A stretch of 64,000 bases of DNA, taken from Sminthopsis crassicaudata (lineage: Eukaryota). This document shows positions 59,988-64,000 of the stretch, one piece after another (position 1 is the stretch's first letter; every line of letters starts with the position of its first letter). A model generated the notes under the pieces. It searched no databases, was not told where the DNA came from, and saw nothing but the letters and a program-made list of their open reading frames with translations. The position numbers were made by a program, and so were the translations under genes. The stretch is from NCBI RefSeq assembly GCF_048593235.1, contig NC_133617.1, forward strand, positions 8,561,607 to 8,625,606. Reading direction: 5' to 3'.

Positions 59988-60148
59988 TTTTTTTTTTTTT
60001 TTTTTTTTTTTCCCCCTTGAGGTTGGGGTTAAGGGACTTGCCCAGGGTCACACAGCTAGGAAGTGTTAAGTGTCTGAGACCAGATTTGAACTCAGGTCCT
60101 CCTGAATTCAAGGCTGGTGCTCTATCCACTGCACCACCTAGCTGCCCC
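59988..60148 (-). mobile_element. Young WSINE1-like SINE with long poly-A tail and TSD
   Basis: Near-consensus body, T23 run, ttcatcatcc on both flanks (59978 and 60149). Confidence 0.9.
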
Positions 60149-60719
60149 TTCATCATCCCTTCTAACCAGAAGCGGAGAGGTCAGAAGTGAATCTCCTCCT
60201 TCCTCCCCCCCAAGGAGATTAGTGCCCAGATAAGTTACTTGATTTTGTCTGAAACCACATCTGTGATGGAGGAAAGAAGCTTCTATTTTGTGTCTGATAC
60301 CCATATAGGTATGAAGGTATCTCTTCTAGAAGGCAGTTAATATGCACATTTAAGTGCCTACTGCATGCCAGGCACTACATGTTTAGCACTGACCGTACAA
60401 AGAAAGGCAAAAGTTAGTCCTGTTCTCAGGGAGCTCAGATTTAGACAGGGAAGTCAACATTCAAACAACCATTTACAGCAGGATGTTTATCATTCAGCCA
60501 CGTCTGACTCTTCCTGGCTTATTTGGTGTTTTCTTTGCAGATACTAAAAGGATTTACCATTTCCTTAATGTATTCATGTGCAATTAAATTTTAATCAATA
60601 GAAAAGTAAAAAATAGATTCTATCAACAAGCATTTATTATTGATTTATTAGTAAGTGATTAATAAATGTTTATTGAATTGAAAATTAAATGCTTGACTCT
60701 TTGTGGAATGGTTTGCTAT

Positions 60720-60870
60720 TCCCTTCTCCAGCTCATTTGACAGCTGAGGAAACTGAGTCAGACGGGATGAAGCGGCTTGCCTAGGGTTATGAGGCTGGAT
60801 ATGAACTCAGGTATTCCTGACTCCACGCTGGGTGGGTAATTTACTGAGCTACCTCGCTGCATAGGCTGGC
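60720..60870 (-). mobile_element. MIR remnant
   Basis: ctcatttgacagctgaggaaactgag...ggatatgaactcaggtattcctgactcc. Confidence 0.65.
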
Positions 60871-60959
60871 TAAATCAGGGGTAGTCTCAGGCCGAAGGCT
60901 CTAAGATTCAGAAGGAATGGGAAAGGATTTCAGAGATCCTAAATCTAAGCCATAGATAA

Positions 60960-61135
60960 TCTCTGTCTGTGTGTGTGAGAGAGAGAGACAGACGGACAGA
61001 CAGAGATAGACAAAGAGATAAAGAGAGGCAGAGATTCAGAGACATAAAAAAGAGAGACAGAGACAGAGGACAGACAGAGACATATACACATGGAGAAAGA
61101 GACAGAGTCAGAGAGATTCAGAGACAGAGACACTC
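60960..61135. repeat. (GA)/(GACA) compound simple repeat
   Basis: Directly visible. Confidence 0.85.
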
Positions 61136-62029
61136 CACCTTTACAGAGGGTGCATCTTGACGCTTCTCTCAACCAGTAAGTCAGACACCCGGCCTTCCGA
61201 GCCACACCTTGTGGTCCCCGAGCCCAGAATCTCAGGCGCAGCAGGGCCGCTCTGGAGCTGAGCCCGGCACATCAGGTGTGGGCCCAACAGTTGGCAGGAG
61301 CCGCCCCTTCTCTGCTTCTCTTAGGGCAGCCTGGCATGTCTCCAGCTCAGCCATCCTTGTATCACCCACTGGCTCCTGTTGGCCCGGCAGCCCCTGAAGC
61401 CCCCAAGTCTTCTCGACGACTCCTGTCTGGCCCCACTTGGCTTTCATGAATCCCACTGCTGAACCTGACCTGGAAATTCTGCACCTCTCACCCCCATTTC
61501 GGTCTCACCTCACCTGCAGGCTGGAATTCTCTGCTCCCGGGGTCGCTCTTGCTTCCTCTCTCTCACCCAGCGTGTTGCCCAACCTTCCCACCTCGCTGAT
61601 AAACACAAAATCTAGCCTTTAATCCAAATCACAAAGAATCCAGTGTTCGGGGCCCTGAGGACGCAGATCTCTGGGCACTCCACTGTGGACCTCAGGTCAA
61701 GCTGGACTGATGGACAATGACTCTGAGTCTAGCATAGTACCGCCTGTCGTGTGTGGTTGGACTCCTCGGTTACCGAGATCCCAGTTCTGAGTCACTATGA
61801 CTCAGTTTCCTCATCTATAACATAGGTATAATTACCACAGTTCTCTTCCATGATTGTTGGTACACTGCACAGAATAAACATGTAAAGTGCTTCAAAAGAC
61901 CTCTTAATACAGAATCTCGTTAGCCATTTGAAGGAAGCAGGATTGCATTCATGACAGATCCCCAGTACCCAGTATGGTACACAGTAGGTACTTAATTTTC
62001 AATTCGATGCAATAAATATTTATTATGGG

Positions 62030-62180
62030 GCAACAAGGTGGAACAGAGAATAGAGTGCCAGATGTAGAGACCTCAAACTATGTAACTCTGGCCAAGGCCA
62101 CTTCATCCTATTTGCCTCAGTTTCCTCATCTGTAAAGTGAGCCAGAGAAGGAAATGGCAAACTACCCCACCACTGAAGTT
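62030..62180 (+). mobile_element. Mar1-like CORE-SINE
   Basis: tttgcctcagtttcctcatctgtaaagtgagccagagaaggaaatggcaaactacc. Confidence 0.7.
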
Positions 62181-62429
62181 TCAATTCAATAAACATGTTT
62201 TAAGTGCTTGCTAATAAGCAAATAAATAATAAATGCTTGTCAATAAAGTGTGCTTCATATTTAGCTATTGAGTATTATTCAATAAACACTAAAATTGTTG
62301 ATTACTATTTACACATTAAACAATTGATGCTTAATTTCCCATGAATACATGAAGCTAGATGAAATTCCAAGACCAAAGTCTAAGTCACAATCTGCTTCTC
62401 TCCTGGACGCCCAAGTAACCAATGATGTT

Positions 62430-63400
62430 CATTTTTGGTATCCTTTTTTTTTTCATTTTAATAGTATTTTATTTTTCCAAACACACGCAAAAATACTTTT
62501 CAACATTCATCTTTGCAAAACATTGTGTCCCAAACTTTTCTCCCTCTCCCTTCCCTCTTCCCCAAGATAGCAAGCAATCCAGTATTGGTCAGACAGGCAA
62601 TTCTTCTAAATGCATTTCCATATTCTCTATGAGACACAAAAAAAATCAGATCAAAAAGGGAAAAAAGCCCCCAAAAGAAAAAAAAAGCAAGCAAACAACT
62701 ACAAAAAGGTGAAAATACCATGTTGTGATCCACATTCAGTTTCTGTGGTTCTCTGACTCTCTCCCTCCTATTAGAATTGCCTCCAATCACCTCATTGTGG
62801 AAAAGAGCCATGTCCATCAGAGCCATAATTTTGCTGTTGCTGTGTACAATGTTCTCCTGACTCTGCTCACTTCTCTCAGCATCAGTTGATGTAAATCTTT
62901 CCAAGGTTTCTAAATCAAGCTGCTCATCATTTCCTAAATAACAATGATATTCCATTATTTTCATACACCATAACTTATTTGGCCATTCTCCACTTGATGG
63001 GCATCCACTCAGTTTCCAGTTCTTCACCACTACAGAAAGGGCTGCCACAGAGGGGAAAATTTGGAAAAATGAATACAAGGGATAATGTTATAAAAAAAAT
63101 TACTCATCATATATACTGTCAAAAATTTTAGAATTATAAACAAACAAACAAACAAAAAACTCATGTATTGGACTACCTGCCATATAGGGGAGGGGCAGAG
63201 GGGAAGGAGGGAAGAAGTTGGAACAAAAAGTTTTGCAAATAAGACTCAGTATTGAAAAATTGTCCATGTATATATTTTGTTAATAAAAAACTATAATAAA
63301 AATAAATAAATAAATAATTTGAAAAAAAAAGGGCTGCCATACATGTTTTTGTACATCCTTCTTTTACTGGACACAGACCCAGTAGAGACTTTTTGTATCT
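62430..63400 (-). mobile_element. Marsupial L1 3' region carrying a nested opposite-strand insertion (63050-63327)
   Basis: L1 3' motifs ctttgcaaaacattgtgtcccaaac and ttggccattctccacttgatgggcatccactc; sequence resumes after the duplicated aaagggctgcca. Confidence 0.75.
63050..63327 (+). mobile_element. Two tandem 5'-truncated L1 3' tails within one TSD
   Basis: TSD aaagggctgcca at 63036-63047 and 63328-63339; two A-rich tails, (CAAA)n near 63140 and (TAAA)n near 63300. Confidence 0.75.
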
Positions 63401-63864
63401 TTTTTAAAATATTTAAAATAGAAATATTATTGACATTGTTCCCAAGGGGAGAATCCTTCACTCTTTGTTAATTGGTATATAGTCTCATGTGTACTCTGAT
63501 TTCTATTGGACTATTCAATTGAATAAATGAGTTTTCTTTACTATTTTTAATAGAAATATTATGTTCCTATTTTTGCATAAACTATAACATAATTCTCCTT
63601 TTCTCCCATACTCTCCAATTCCTCCCTATTGTCTCTAAACGGGAAGTCGGTATGTTGGAGAAAGAGCCAGTGGGACAGAGGGATAGATGGCTCCCTCTGC
63701 ACTTGACCCGGGCCAGGCTGTTCAGCATTAACCCCTGAGAGCTGGAAAGGACCTCACAGGGCTTTCAGAGCAACCAATACCCAAAGGGAATCCCCACTGT
63801 GAGATGCTTGAAAAGTGGTGCTCCAGCTTCAGCTTTTCTCCTTCAAGGAAAGTATTCCTGCCTG

Positions 63865-64000
63865 CTCTGGGTCTCCAGCCCCTTCCCAAGGCCTCTGGGT
63901 CTCCAGCCCCTTCCCAAGGCCTCTGGGTCTCCAGCCCCTTCCCAAGGCCTCTGGGTCTCCAGCCCCTTCCCGAGGCCTCTGGGTCTCCAGCCCCTTCCCG
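63865..64000. repeat. 28-bp minisatellite, at least 4.9 copies, runs off the window end
   Basis: Unit ctctgggtctccagccccttccc(a/g)aggc at 63865, 63893, 63921, 63949 and 63977. Confidence 0.97.

Overview
GC-rich mammalian genomic DNA, very probably from an Australian marsupial (inference from WSINE1-like SINEs, Mar1/MIR CORE-SINEs, marsupial-type RTE and L1 3' ends). It has two assembly gaps (33487-34475, 54211-54634). Four intron-containing genes can be assembled by hand: CCDC74 (-, 5' part only), SMPD4 (-, complete, 19 coding exons, 827 aa), MZT2 (+, complete, 176 aa) and a TUBA3-type alpha-tubulin (-, complete, 450 aa). The order and orientation match the human 2q21 block. Most entries in the ORF track are GC-rich or low-complexity noise. 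I found no wholly new gene system. The most notable signals are: (1) unusual splicing in SMPD4 (a U12-type intron that appears to end in AT, a GC-AG intron, and a ~320-nt AG-exclusion zone with a distant branch point before exon 11); (2) a 5'-inverted RTE LINE with twin-priming geometry; (3) a 53-bp tandem repeat giving three perfect CRE palindromes upstream of the tubulin gene; (4) a candidate frame-preserving MZT2 cassette exon; (5) a steep GC/GC3 gradient inside the tubulin gene. Homolog and repeat-consensus comparisons are from memory, not database searches.
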